Assembly: GCA_903874255.1 (NCBI GenBank)
Contig: CAIQRN010000064.1
Span: 1-50,856 of the forward strand
DNA from: an uncultured Actinomycetes bacterium
GTDB lineage: Bacteria; Actinomycetota; Actinomycetes; Nanopelagicales; Nanopelagicaceae
Direction: 5' to 3'
DNA: 50,856 bases
The notes under the pieces were generated by a model, which worked only from the letters and a program-made list of their open reading frames with translations, had not been told where the DNA came from and ran no database searches. The translations under genes were made by a program, and so were the position numbers. Position 1 is the first letter of the stretch, and each line of letters opens with the position of its first letter. Positions 1 to 10,684 of the stretch are shown here, piece after piece.

Positions 1-55
1 GAAATCATTATTAAGGTGGAGGTTTATAGCTAAACAAGCGTGGAATCTAACCCCT

Positions 56-583
56 ATGACTACTACCGCTGATACCGAAGAAGTTTTTTCTATTCACACT
101 TTTCGCATAGATCAATCGGCACACACCGTCGAAGAGGATTGGCTACATCCGCTCCTAGAAATCTTTAGGCCTACCGCTGTGACAAAGGAGCAGATTCCAC
201 AGAAGTTATACCTAACGCCGATGCAATATGAAGGCGAATATGACCCTGACTTTGCTCCAACACCTACGTCGGCTGCAGATTTGCCGGAACTGCAGGGATG
301 GACTCAACGCTTTGCCCACAATGTTGTTGAGATCTGGGCGGGACGTCGCTCCCCCAATCAACTAGAGAATCAATGCCACTTCACGATTTACTCAGAACTA
401 GTTAGAAAATCAGGTTCACAGAAAATCGTTGGCCGCATTCGTAAAATTCATATCCAAGAACCATTAGATGGAATATGCGAAGCAACAATCACGGTCAGAT
501 TCAATGACCGTTTGCGATCAATCATTCTGCGTTTTGAAGGTTTAGATAAGCGCTGGTTGTGCACTGCACTTACTTTGCTTTAA
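56..583 (+). CDS. Rv3235-family (DUF6459) protein
   Basis: [14 protein letters not shown] and [17 protein letters not shown] motifs; convergent with secA as for mycobacterial Rv3235. Confidence 0.8.
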   Translation: MTTTADTEEVFSIHTFRIDQSAHTVEEDWLHPLLEIFRPTAVTKEQIPQKLYLTPMQYEGEYDPDFAPTPTSAADLPELQGWTQRFAHNVVEIWAGRRSPNQLENQCHFTIYSELVRKSGSQKIVGRIRKIHIQEPLDGICEATITVRFNDRLRSIILRFEGLDKRWLCTALTLL

Positions 584-3255
584 GCACCACCGTGGCAACG
601 CTTGTATTTCTTTCCAGATCCACATGGACATGGCGCATTTCTTGAAACTTCACCAGTTGTCTTGACGCCATTCTCATCTGCTGCAGTGTATTGCAACCCT
701 GATACTGGAAGTGGTTTAGCTTCTAATCCCGCGCCACTAATTTCATTGGTAGAACCTTCAACAGTTACTTGTATGTTGAATAGGAATCCAGCGATTTCTT
801 CTTTGATTGCATCCATCATGGCCGAGAATAAATCATAACCTTCACGTTGGTACTCAACTAATGGATCTCGCTGTGCCATTGCACGCAATCCGATTCCTTC
901 TTGTAAATAATCCATCTCATACAAGTGCTCGCGCCATTTACGATCTAGAACAGATAGCAAAACTTTTCGTTCTAATTCGCGCATTACCTCAGAGCCTAAA
1001 GTTTCTTCGCGTTTGGCGTAAGCGGCCTTACAATCTTCGATGATTGCTGCAGTTAAGTAATCAGCATCGAGTGCACTTCGTGATCCAACTCGTGCGATAA
1101 GTTCTTCGACTGAAAATGAGATTGGATAAATAGTCTTAAGGGCATTCCATAATGTGTCTAGATCCCAGTCTTCGGAATACCCAGCAGAAGTTGCTGCACT
1201 TACATATGCCGATAAAGTCTCACTGACAAAAGTAGCGACTTGATCTTCAATATCTGCACCCTCTAGAACCATTCGGCGCTCACCATAGACAACTTGGCGC
1301 TGGCGATTCATTACATCGTCATACTTCAATACATTTTTACGCATCTCAAAGTTCTGTGACTCAACTTGAGTTTGCGCTGATCGAATTGCATTGCTAACCA
1401 TCTTTGATTCGATTGGTGTGTCTTCTGGAATTCCTGCTGCGGATAAAAAGCGCTCCACCATTCCAGAATTAAATCGGCGCATGAGTTCATCTTGAAGTGA
1501 AAGATAGAAACGTGATTCGCCAGGGTCTCCTTGACGACCGGAACGGCCACGAAGCTGATTATCAATTCGGCGTGATTCATGACGCTCAGTTCCGAGCACA
1601 TACAAACCACCAAGTGCAATTACTTCTTCATGACCCAAAGCAACTGCGGCTTTTTGGCGAGCAATCTCATCAGGCCAAGCTTTTTCATATTCCTCGGCAT
1701 TATCTACTGGAGATAATCCGCGACGTTGTAATTCATAATCGGCCATGAACTCTGGATTTCCACCGAGCATGATGTCTGTTCCGCGGCCCGCCATATTTGT
1801 GGCAACGGTTACTGCGCCCTTAACACCTGCGCGAGCAATGATCGCTGCCTCGCGTTCGTGGTGCTTTGCGTTTAGAACTTCGTGAGCGATACCAGCTTTG
1901 CGAAGAAAACCTGAGAGCTCCTCTGATTTTTCAACACTCACGGTTCCTACAAGAACTGGTTGACCTTTGCGGTGCTTTTCAACAATATCTGCAGTTACTG
2001 CTTGGAATTTTCCAACCTCTGATTTATACACAAGGTCTGGCTGATCAATACGGATCATTCCTCGGTTAGTAGGAATAGGAACTACACCCAACTTATAAAT
2101 TTGGTGAAATTCAGATGCTTCGGTCATTGCAGTACCGGTCATGCCTGAGAGTTTTTCGTATAAGCGGAAGTAATTCTGCAAAGTGATTGTGGCAAGAGTT
2201 TGGTTTTCATCTTGAATTTCAATGCGCTCTTTAGCTTCAAGGGCTTGATGTAAACCTTCGCTATAGCGGCGCCCTGCCAGCATGCGTCCTGTGTGCTCAT
2301 CGACGATTAATAGTTCGCCATTCATGACAACATAATCTTTGTCTCGCTTGAAAAGCTCCTTCGCGCGAACTGCGTTATTGAGATAGCCAATCATCGGAGT
2401 GTTAGCCGCCTCGTAGAGATTTCCGATTTGAAGCAATTCCTCGACCTTTGTAACGCCAACTTCAAGAATTCCTATGGTTCTCTTTTTTTCATCAATTTCA
2501 TAATGAACATCGCGCTGTAATTTTCCTACAAGATTTGCAAATTCCACATACCACTTGGTTGCTTTGTCGGCAGGACCGCTGATGATCAAAGGTGTACGGG
2601 CTTCATCAATCAAAATTGAGTCGACTTCATCCACCACTGCGAAAAAGTGATCGCGTTGTACACATTCCTCAAGTGTCCACGCCATATTGTCACGCAAATA
2701 ATCAAATCCAAATTCATTATTTGTTCCGTAGGTAATGTCTGCTGCATAAGATTCGCGACGTTGGGCTGGAGTCATGTTGGCAAGAATCACGCCAACTTTT
2801 AATCCAAGGAAACGATGAATACGTCCCATCCACTCGCTATCGCGTTCGGCCAAATAATCATTTGTAGTAATTACATGCACTCCACGACCTGCAAGTGCGT
2901 TTAAATACGATGGCAAAGTAGCAACCAGAGTCTTTCCTTCACCGGTTCGCATCTCAGCGATGTTGCCTTTATGCAGAGCGGCACCACCCATGAGCTGAAC
3001 ATCGTAATGACGCTGACCCAGAGTTCGCTTTGCGGCTTCGCGAACGACGGCAAAAGCCTCTGGCATTAAATCATCCAGAGTCTGGCCCTTTGAAAAACGA
3101 TCCTTAAAAATATCGGTCTGCTCGCGCAGTTCAGCGTCACTCATTGCACTGATTCGCGCTTCATGGCTATTGACGACAACAACAATCTTGCTGAGTTCGC
3201 GTAACAGGCGGCCTTCACCCGCACGCATAATCTTGTCAAAAAACGCTGGCATCAA
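580..3255 (-). CDS. secA: Preprotein translocase ATPase SecA
   Basis: [42 protein letters not shown]-terminal [14 protein letters not shown]; start TTG 3255 or ATG 3252. Confidence 0.99.
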   Translation of the reverse strand: MMPAFFDKIMRAGEGRLLRELSKIVVVVNSHEARISAMSDAELREQTDIFKDRFSKGQTLDDLMPEAFAVVREAAKRTLGQRHYDVQLMGGAALHKGNIAEMRTGEGKTLVATLPSYLNALAGRGVHVITTNDYLAERDSEWMGRIHRFLGLKVGVILANMTPAQRRESYAADITYGTNNEFGFDYLRDNMAWTLEECVQRDHFFAVVDEVDSILIDEARTPLIISGPADKATKWYVEFANLVGKLQRDVHYEIDEKKRTIGILEVGVTKVEELLQIGNLYEAANTPMIGYLNNAVRAKELFKRDKDYVVMNGELLIVDEHTGRMLAGRRYSEGLHQALEAKERIEIQDENQTLATITLQNYFRLYEKLSGMTGTAMTEASEFHQIYKLGVVPIPTNRGMIRIDQPDLVYKSEVGKFQAVTADIVEKHRKGQPVLVGTVSVEKSEELSGFLRKAGIAHEVLNAKHHEREAAIIARAGVKGAVTVATNMAGRGTDIMLGGNPEFMADYELQRRGLSPVDNAEEYEKAWPDEIARQKAAVALGHEEVIALGGLYVLGTERHESRRIDNQLRGRSGRQGDPGESRFYLSLQDELMRRFNSGMVERFLSAAGIPEDTPIESKMVSNAIRSAQTQVESQNFEMRKNVLKYDDVMNRQRQVVYGERRMVLEGADIEDQVATFVSETLSAYVSAATSAGYSEDWDLDTLWNALKTIYPISFSVEELIARVGSRSALDADYLTAAIIEDCKAAYAKREETLGSEVMRELERKVLLSVLDRKWREHLYEMDYLQEGIGLRAMAQRDPLVEYQREGYDLFSAMMDAIKEEIAGFLFNIQVTVEGSTNEISGAGLEAKPLPVSGLQYTAADENGVKTTGEVSRNAPCPCGSGKKYKRCHGGA

Positions 3256-3296
3256 TGCAACCTTTCAAGAGTTCACAACCGCTTGTGCTCAAGGGC

Positions 3297-3932
3297 CTAT
3301 CGTAGAGGTTGAGTCACGCAAGCGGTAACTGAGCCGATTACGTGGAAACCGCCAGCACGCAAGGCCCGTACCGCCTCGGTAACTGTGGCTCCCGTGGTGA
3401 CCACATCATCGATAAGAAGCAAGTCACCAACTGGATGGCTGTGGCTCTTGACGCCAAAAGCACCATTCATATTGGACACTCGATCCTTGGCAGTAAGACC
3501 ACTTTGATCTTCAACTTTCTTAACGATAGTAAGAATCGATGAGAGAGGTATCTGCGTTTGCTGTGAAACTTCTTTGCAAATCGATTGTATGAAATCCCTA
3601 CCTCTTCTGCGACGATTATTGGTAGAGGATGGCACTGGCACAAGCCGTATGTTGTGCCACGAAAAATTACCTTGGTTAAGAACGTGAATGATGGCACTAA
3701 TAATCAGTGCGTCCGCACCCTTTATTCCATTTTCTTTGGCACTAAGAATAATTTTGCTAGAAGTTGGTGAGTACAAAACCGCAGAATGAACATTAATCCC
3801 ACCTACATGCGTTTGATAATAATGCGGGTGCCATTCACTACGACATTGCGAACAAATCGAAATCCCAATTGAGTTACACCCAAAACAGCGCGTGGGAAAG
3901 ATAATTTGACTGAGTTCTTGAATCGATTTCAT
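3297..3932 (-). CDS. comF: ComF-family phosphoribosyltransferase-like protein
   Basis: CxxC...CxxC N-terminus and LLIDDVVTTGAT PRT motif; ATG 3932 preferred because TAGTTT lies 7 nt upstream. Confidence 0.9.
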   Translation of the reverse strand: MKSIQELSQIIFPTRCFGCNSIGISICSQCRSEWHPHYYQTHVGGINVHSAVLYSPTSSKIILSAKENGIKGADALIISAIIHVLNQGNFSWHNIRLVPVPSSTNNRRRRGRDFIQSICKEVSQQTQIPLSSILTIVKKVEDQSGLTAKDRVSNMNGAFGVKSHSHPVGDLLLIDDVVTTGATVTEAVRALRAGGFHVIGSVTACVTQPLR

Positions 3933-3982
3933 GCGATGCAAACTAACTCAAAGCTAGGTAGCTGATTTAGTTGGTGTGGAAA

Positions 3983-5533
3983 CTATTCATGGTAGTCATC
4001 TGGTTGCAATTTAATAAGACGTGATTCGATTCCTTGTGTGGCGTTTCTCGGTAGAGTTAAAACAAAGTGCGCTCCTTTGCCTGGCCGTCCCCACGCTTCA
4101 AGTTCTCCATTGTGTAATCGTGCATCTTCAAGTGCAATCGAAAGTCCAAGACCTGTCCCACCACGAACGCGCGCCCGAGAAGGATCAGCGCGCCAGAAGC
4201 GATCAAAAACGCGATGTAATGCATTTTCATCAAGGCCTAGTCCATGATCGCGAACTCCAACTGCTGCGTCATGCTCACTTGCAATAATCGTAATAGCTAT
4301 CGGTTTGTCCTCAGCATGTTCAATTGCATTTGAAAATAGGTTACGCAGAATTCTTTCAATACGTCGAATATCTGCTTTGACAGTAATACTTTCGGCAATT
4401 GAATAGATCCGAAGTTCAGTAGAGCCTTCCTTGGCTACCAGAGACAAATCCTCTGCGCATCGCTTGGCTAGCGCCACGAGATCGAAATCTACGGCTTCAA
4501 TAATCGCAACCTCTGCGTCAAATCTGCTTACTTCCAACAAATCTTCAAGCAAACGCTCGAAGCGATCAAGCTGGGCCACTAATAATTCCGTACTCCTTGC
4601 TATGGCCGGATCAAAATTCTCGCGGGATGCAAATATAACTTCCGAGGCCATTCTTAGCGTCGTTAGTGGCGTACGAAGTTCATGGGATACGTCAGACACG
4701 AAACGTTGTTGCACCCGAGACAAATTCTCCAAACGTGCAATTTGTTTCTCGAGAGACTCGGCCATGGCATTAAATGCATGACCTAATGTGGCGACTTCAT
4801 CTCCAGTTGTCACTTGCATACGTTGGGTAAAATCACCAGCGGTGAAGCGCGTTGCAACTAACGCAGCTTCGCGTACCGGTTTCACAACTTGGCGAACCAC
4901 AAGCCAAACAATGAGGGCAATAAGTAGAATGAGGGCAAAACCTGTAAGGATCAATAAACGCTGGATTAAATCCAACGTGGCATTTTGGCTTGCTAATGAA
5001 AATAGTAAATACATTTCATATTTGCCGGCTTTTGGAATGGTAACTTTCTTTCCAAAAGCTATTCCAGGAATTACTTGGCCACCTTCATATTTGATTGATA
5101 CATAAGACCACGTGAGTTCGGCACTCTTTCGCACATCTGATCGAAGGGACTCAGGTATTGAATTAATTTCTACGAAATTGGAAGTAGTTTCGTAATTTTG
5201 GCTTTGTGTATTTCCTGGACTTCGAATAAAAATCACTTCACGTGCATTTTCATTTGACGTTAAGGATGTTGCTGAACTTATAACATCGTCAACAACCTTG
5301 TGAATTGCTTTAGCATCTTCACCTTGAGCTAATAGAAATTTGTATTCGGCGCTAAAGATTGTTGAGCGAGCTTCGATTCGCGAGGAGTCGAGATTTACTT
5401 GTTTAATACCTGTAGAGAGTTGAGAATTTAGGGCAGAACCAGTCAAGTAAATAACGAGCAGTGAGAGTAAGACTGTGGAAATGATTACTTTTAAAGCTAA
5501 AGAGTGTTTAAAACCCACCATGAAGCGGTTCAT
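3983..5533 (-). CDS. mtrB: Sensor histidine kinase MtrB
   Basis: Two TM segments, HAMP, VSHELRTPLT H-box, GGTGLGLSI G-box; follows mtrA. Confidence 0.95.
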   Translation of the reverse strand: MNRFMVGFKHSLALKVIISTVLLSLLVIYLTGSALNSQLSTGIKQVNLDSSRIEARSTIFSAEYKFLLAQGEDAKAIHKVVDDVISSATSLTSNENAREVIFIRSPGNTQSQNYETTSNFVEINSIPESLRSDVRKSAELTWSYVSIKYEGGQVIPGIAFGKKVTIPKAGKYEMYLLFSLASQNATLDLIQRLLILTGFALILLIALIVWLVVRQVVKPVREAALVATRFTAGDFTQRMQVTTGDEVATLGHAFNAMAESLEKQIARLENLSRVQQRFVSDVSHELRTPLTTLRMASEVIFASRENFDPAIARSTELLVAQLDRFERLLEDLLEVSRFDAEVAIIEAVDFDLVALAKRCAEDLSLVAKEGSTELRIYSIAESITVKADIRRIERILRNLFSNAIEHAEDKPIAITIIASEHDAAVGVRDHGLGLDENALHRVFDRFWRADPSRARVRGGTGLGLSIALEDARLHNGELEAWGRPGKGAHFVLTLPRNATQGIESRLIKLQPDDYHE

Positions 5534-5535
5534 TG

Positions 5536-6222
5536 CTAAGAACCACCCATAACTCCAGCTTTGTAGCCAATGCCTCGAACGGTCACAACGATTTCAGGAT
5601 TCTCTGGATCGTGTTCAATTTTCGAACGAAGTCTTTGCACGTGCACATTTACTAAACGGGTATCAGTTGAGTGCCGATATCCCCAGACCTCGCTCAGTAA
5701 CGCATCGCGAGTAAAAACACGTCCAGGCTCTTTTGCTAAAGCAACCAATAAATCAAATTCCAATCGTGTAAGGCCTATCTGCTTGCCAGCGCGTAAAATC
5801 TGATGTGCTTGAACATCAATTGCCAGATCGCCGATAGTTAATAGCCCTGATACATCGGCATTTGTGCGGCGAAGACGAGTACGAATTCGCGCAATCAACT
5901 CAGATGGATGTTTAAATGGTTTAACCATGTAGTCATCAGCACCGGCTTCAAGTCCACGTACTACATCATGGCTATCACCTTTTGCTGTCAACATGATAAT
6001 TGGAACCATTGACTCTGCTCTAATTAATTTACATACCTCTATACCATCAAGGCCTGGCAACATGACATCGAGTAATACTAAATCTGGAGGGTTATTTCTA
6101 AAGACTTCCAGAGCTTCATCACCGCGACTTACAAGGTCTACATCAATTCCTGCACCGGTTAAGACGATACCGAGCATTTCGGCAAGGTCCTGGTCGTCAT
6201 CGACGACCATAACCAATGTCAT
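5536..6222 (-). CDS. mtrA: Response regulator MtrA (OmpR family)
   Basis: Receiver LLDVMLPG; DTRLVNVHVQRLRSKIEHDPENPEIVVTVRGIGYK typical of MtrA. Confidence 0.95.
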   Translation of the reverse strand: MTLVMVVDDDQDLAEMLGIVLTGAGIDVDLVSRGDEALEVFRNNPPDLVLLDVMLPGLDGIEVCKLIRAESMVPIIMLTAKGDSHDVVRGLEAGADDYMVKPFKHPSELIARIRTRLRRTNADVSGLLTIGDLAIDVQAHQILRAGKQIGLTRLEFDLLVALAKEPGRVFTRDALLSEVWGYRHSTDTRLVNVHVQRLRSKIEHDPENPEIVVTVRGIGYKAGVMGGS

Positions 6223-7508
6223 TAGCTACCGTGTTCCCAAGAGTTTAGGTACATATCTTGCGCAGGAGTTAGAACGTCAATCAAACCACCCATGCTTTGC
6301 AGTTTCAGAGATGCGACTTCCTTGTCAATATAAGTTGGAACGTTATGTACTCCTGGTTTCAAGTTCTTAGCTTCTTTAACTAAATATTCAGCTGTAAGTG
6401 CTTGATCAGAAAAAGACATATCCATTACTGACGCAGGGTGGCCTTCTGCTGCACCAAGATTTACTAAACGACCCTCTGCAAGTAGTAACAAGCGACGACC
6501 ATCTGCAAGGACGTATTCATCAGTCTGGTGACGCATTTTTGCATTCTTCTGCTTTGCATTTTGTTCAAGCCAGGCAACATCGATTTCAATGTCGAAGTGA
6601 CCGGAGTTGGCCATAATGGCGCCATCTTTCATGACAGCAAAATGTTCGTCACGCAAAACATCGCGGTTTCCGGTTACCGTAATAAAGACATCTCCAATTT
6701 TTGCCGCATCAAGCATTGGCATCACACGAAAACCCTGCATCATTGCATCTAGGGCTTTAGTTGGATCAATTTCAGTAACGATTACATCGGCTCCCATGCC
6801 TTTTGCGCGTTCGGCAACGCCTTTACCGCAATATCCGAAGCCTGCAACGACGAGAACACGTCCAGCTAGTAAGAAGTTAGTTGAACGGAAAACTGCATCC
6901 AGAGTTGATTGTCCTGTTCCATAACGGTTATCAAACATATGCTTGGTATCAGTGTCATTTACGGCAATCATAGGAAATTGAAGTGCACCATCTTTTGCCA
7001 TTTGATTTAATCGAATAACGCCAGTGGTGGTTTCTTCACATCCACCAGTGATATTCGGAATTAATTCTTTACGTGTTGTGTGGAGCGTATTAACCAAATC
7101 GCATCCATCATCAAAAACTTGATGAGGTTCGATATCAAGGGATGCATTGATGTGTTTGTAGTATCCATCGCGATCAACTGCATTTCGTGCAAAGACTGAA
7201 ATTCCATATTCATGAACCAAAGCAGCTGCAGTGTCATCCTGTGTTGAAAGAGGATTTGATGCGCACAAAGCGATTTCTGCTCCGCCGGCTTTTAGAACGC
7301 GCATTAAATTAGCTGTTTCAGTAGTGACATGCATGCACGCTGAAATTCGAACACCAGCAAATGGTTGAGACTTTTCAAAACGCTCGCGAATTTGGGCGAG
7401 AACAGGCATGTTGCGCTCTGCCCACTCGATACGTAGACGACCTTGGGCTGCAAGTGATGCATCGGCGATGTCATGACGTGGAAGAGTGGAAGTAACTGGT
7501 GCGTTCAC
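6222..7508 (-). CDS. ahcY: Adenosylhomocysteinase
   Basis: [40 protein letters not shown]; GTG 7508 preferred (AAGGAG 6 nt upstream). Confidence 0.97.
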   Translation of the reverse strand: MNAPVTSTLPRHDIADASLAAQGRLRIEWAERNMPVLAQIRERFEKSQPFAGVRISACMHVTTETANLMRVLKAGGAEIALCASNPLSTQDDTAAALVHEYGISVFARNAVDRDGYYKHINASLDIEPHQVFDDGCDLVNTLHTTRKELIPNITGGCEETTTGVIRLNQMAKDGALQFPMIAVNDTDTKHMFDNRYGTGQSTLDAVFRSTNFLLAGRVLVVAGFGYCGKGVAERAKGMGADVIVTEIDPTKALDAMMQGFRVMPMLDAAKIGDVFITVTGNRDVLRDEHFAVMKDGAIMANSGHFDIEIDVAWLEQNAKQKNAKMRHQTDEYVLADGRRLLLLAEGRLVNLGAAEGHPASVMDMSFSDQALTAEYLVKEAKNLKPGVHNVPTYIDKEVASLKLQSMGGLIDVLTPAQDMYLNSWEHGS

Positions 7509-7585
7509 AAAAAGCTCCTTTATTGGTGCGGTCAGGAGCATAGGTTATCGCCCTGAAAGCAAAAGCGAGTAATGAAGGGTCGAAA

Positions 7586-8947
7586 CTAAGCGCGAATTAC
7601 GACAAGGACCTCATCGCGTAGTTGTTCCATACGGTCGGCGGTTTTAGCCTCCACATTAAGGCGCAGTAAAGGCTCAGTATTTGAAGGGCGAAGATTAAAC
7701 CACCATGTATCACCATTGACCGTTAGCCCATCTAGGTGATCAATTTCGACGGAGCCTTTGCCAGCATACGTGTCCTCAACTAACTGCATGGCGATTGTGG
7801 CATCTGAAACCTTTGAATTTATCTCCCCGCTTAACACATAGCGCTGGAACGGCTTAAGAATCTCAGACATCGCTTTATCAATTGCACCAAGTGCGGCAAT
7901 GGCGTGGAGTGCGGCAAGAGCACCTGAATCTGCACGCCAAAACTCATCGAAATAAAAATGGCCAGAATGTTCACCACCGAAAATAGCCTTGCTATCTGCC
8001 ATCATCTTTTTAATGTAAGAGTGGCCGACACGACTACGTAAGCCAACGCCACCGTTTTCTTCAATTGTTTCTAGTACTGCGCGTGAGGAAATTAAATTAT
8101 AAATTACAGTTGATCCAGGATGTTTCTTAAGTTCGCGAAATGCAATGAGTGCAGTTAAGTCAGATGGGTTAACGGCATTTCCTTTTTCATCAACCAGGAA
8201 ACAACGGTCTGCATCACCATCAAATGCCAAACCTAAATCTGCTTTATTTTTAACTACCGCTTTCTGTAAATCTCTTAGGTTCTCGGCATCGATGGGGTTA
8301 GCTTCATGATTTGGAAAAGTTCCATCCAATTCGAAATACAGAGGAATAACTTCGCAATTGAGACGTTTGAAAATTGCCGGGGCCGTATGTCCCGCCATTC
8401 CGTTTCCGGCATCAATCACAATTTTTAATGGTCGGATCTCTGAAAGATCCACCAAATTTAATAAGTGATCAACATACTCTTCCAACATGTCGCGTTTGGT
8501 TTCAATGCCAACTGAACGAATTTCAAGAGGAGACCCCTGTCGCACAAAATTTTCAATCGTAAGCAAACCTGATTCTTTGCCGATTGGTCGTGCACTACTC
8601 AGACAGAGCTTGATTCCGTTGTACTCAGCAGGATTATGACTGGCTGTGAACATTGCACCAGGTAGCCCCAATTTTCCAGAGGCAAAGTAGAGCATGTCCG
8701 TAGATGCTAAGCCGATTCGGATTACATCCATGCCCAGTGAAGTTGCTCCTGCCGAGAAGGCATCGGCCAAATTCGATGATGATGGCCGCATGTCTTCGCC
8801 AATTACGATGGTGGCCGGTTCACGTTCTTGCTGCAAGAAACGCGCGAAAGCTAAGCCCGTTGCAAAAGTGAAATCAGGTGTGATTTCTGAATCAACAAGG
8901 CCACGAATGTCATACGCTTTAAAAATATCTGCAATCTCGGTTGCCAT
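7586..8947 (-). CDS. manB: Phosphomannomutase/phosphoglucomutase
   Basis: IFKAYDIRG, FTASHNP, FDGDADR, GEHSGH, RPSNTEP. Confidence 0.93.
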   Translation of the reverse strand: MATEIADIFKAYDIRGLVDSEITPDFTFATGLAFARFLQQEREPATIVIGEDMRPSSSNLADAFSAGATSLGMDVIRIGLASTDMLYFASGKLGLPGAMFTASHNPAEYNGIKLCLSSARPIGKESGLLTIENFVRQGSPLEIRSVGIETKRDMLEEYVDHLLNLVDLSEIRPLKIVIDAGNGMAGHTAPAIFKRLNCEVIPLYFELDGTFPNHEANPIDAENLRDLQKAVVKNKADLGLAFDGDADRCFLVDEKGNAVNPSDLTALIAFRELKKHPGSTVIYNLISSRAVLETIEENGGVGLRSRVGHSYIKKMMADSKAIFGGEHSGHFYFDEFWRADSGALAALHAIAALGAIDKAMSEILKPFQRYVLSGEINSKVSDATIAMQLVEDTYAGKGSVEIDHLDGLTVNGDTWWFNLRPSNTEPLLRLNVEAKTADRMEQLRDEVLVVIRA

Positions 8948-8959
8948 TTAAATTAATCC

Positions 8960-9331
8960 TTACGATGGGATTGCGCGCAGATGACCACGTCGGCCAATAG
9001 TGCTTTGTGATTGCACTTCCTGAACGTGTGAAGGGTTTTCGACATCTCGTACCGCAACTTCGCGTACGGCATCTGCAATTGCCATCAAATCATCTTCGGA
9101 AGGACCTGGCTCATTGCCTGTTAATTCATGTTTGATGACATTCCATCCGTGAGGAACTTTAAGTCGTTCTCCATGCAATGCACATAAATCATATGCATGC
9201 GGTTCTGAAAAAGTAGCAAGGGGTCCAACTACAGCAGTTGATTCTGCGTATACGTAAGTAAGTGTCATTGTTGCAATTGATCGGCACCCCGCGCGGGAAC
9301 ATCCTCGACCTACGTGCAACGGAGTTTTCAT
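8960..9331 (-). CDS. DUF3499 family protein
   Basis: CSRxxC...TLTYVYAESTAVVGPL...EPHAYDLCxxH, DDLMAIADAVRE, RRGHLR; conserved position upstream of the mutase. Confidence 0.9.
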   Translation of the reverse strand: MKTPLHVGRGCSRAGCRSIATMTLTYVYAESTAVVGPLATFSEPHAYDLCALHGERLKVPHGWNVIKHELTGNEPGPSEDDLMAIADAVREVAVRDVENPSHVQEVQSQSTIGRRGHLRAIPS

Positions 9332-9373
9332 ACCTCGAAGATTAGTGTGCTTTCTTTGAAATTCTTGGGATTT

Positions 9374-10684
9374 TCAGGGATTCAAAACTCTAATGTTTGA
9401 GTTGGGAACTTCAACTCGGGCTAAAGCGCTTCCAGGCTGCACTGGGATAAATCCAGAGCCATCAGCTGCAGTAATGATTGCCGCTGCGAAAGTTTTCTTG
9501 TTTGTCGAGTCGATGGTAATGATTCTGGAGTTATCAGGCGCCCGCCAAGTAACTAAATCCGTGCCCTTTAACCGAGTCGAAACTTTCTTCCCGCTTGCAA
9601 AGGTAACTGTGATTCTCACCGAGATTGAATCACCAGAAAACGCAAAAACAGGTGTGAGGCCACCAATTGCCATCGACATCGGAGACAGTGCTGGTGAACC
9701 AGTGCTCCACAACAAATCCTTGTGCCCATTGGAAGTAATAGAGGTTGCAATTGATGCAACAACTGGTTCTTGCGCACTCACATGAACGGCAAAAATCTTT
9801 GCGGAAATATCCGGGGCAAATGCGAACTCGGAAACTCTGCCTGCTTGAATAGATCTAGAACTGAGCTTTACGGGGATGAATCGACCATCGGTAGTTAATA
9901 TTTCTGCATTAAATGTAGTGTCTACAGCACCAGGTGCAAGGATACGTAGTGTGTGAGTTGTATTAGTTTTTTTGCTATTGCCTAAAATTTGATGTGGAAC
10001 CGCAGGAATGTAAATATCTAAAGCTGGTGATGAATAAGCATTTACAAAATCGCCACCGAGAGATCTAAGGCCAGCACCTCGCTCATCAATCATAAATGAG
10101 TTAACGCGCCCTGAACGAGGAGTCACTTGTACCGCCAGTAAATGATCTCCCGGCGCCAATGTATCAAGTGAGATCTGTGTAGAACTCTTGGACTTTAGTG
10201 TTAAAGATTTAATTGGTTGTTTTCCATTTTCAGAAAAAGTACCAATGTCAATAATTGCATCACTTAGGCCACTGTTAGCAATCAACAAATGGCCTCGAGT
10301 GGTTACATCCGAACTACCACCTACAAACCACTGTGTAGATGCAGGTCCTGCGCAGATAACACCTCCGGCCCAACCTCTTGCCTTGCTCTGCCAAACCACA
10401 GGAGTGATTCCCTTTGCGTCAATAACCACAGAACTTTTTGTCAATGAGTAGCGAGAACTCTTAAATGGAACCGTCTTGCTGCTCCGATTCTCTAAATTTT
10501 GAAACTGAACTTTTGAGGACGCAACTGAAACTTGGGAATTAAGGCCCTTCATAGTTGGCGGGCACACGACGGATGGATATGACTCAGAAAAATTTCGGTT
10601 GACCGCTGAGCCATTAACGAAAGATGCAGATGCAACGGCTAATGCAAGAATAGAAATTTGGATGAGAGGGCGTTTAGCAATCAT
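9374..10684 (-). CDS. Exported DUF5719-family protein
   Basis: N-terminal hydrophobic anchor, C...WFVGG motif, position directly after the large GT2. Confidence 0.7.
   Translation of the reverse strand: MIAKRPLIQISILALAVASASFVNGSAVNRNFSESYPSVVCPPTMKGLNSQVSVASSKVQFQNLENRSSKTVPFKSSRYSLTKSSVVIDAKGITPVVWQSKARGWAGGVICAGPASTQWFVGGSSDVTTRGHLLIANSGLSDAIIDIGTFSENGKQPIKSLTLKSKSSTQISLDTLAPGDHLLAVQVTPRSGRVNSFMIDERGAGLRSLGGDFVNAYSSPALDIYIPAVPHQILGNSKKTNTTHTLRILAPGAVDTTFNAEILTTDGRFIPVKLSSRSIQAGRVSEFAFAPDISAKIFAVHVSAQEPVVASIATSITSNGHKDLLWSTGSPALSPMSMAIGGLTPVFAFSGDSISVRITVTFASGKKVSTRLKGTDLVTWRAPDNSRIITIDSTNKKTFAAAIITAADGSGFIPVQPGSALARVEVPNSNIRVLNP

Noticed and set aside
3297-3932. comF as evidence of natural competence
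   Set aside because: ComF-like genes are conserved next to secA in actinobacteria regardless of competence, and no uptake genes are in this window.
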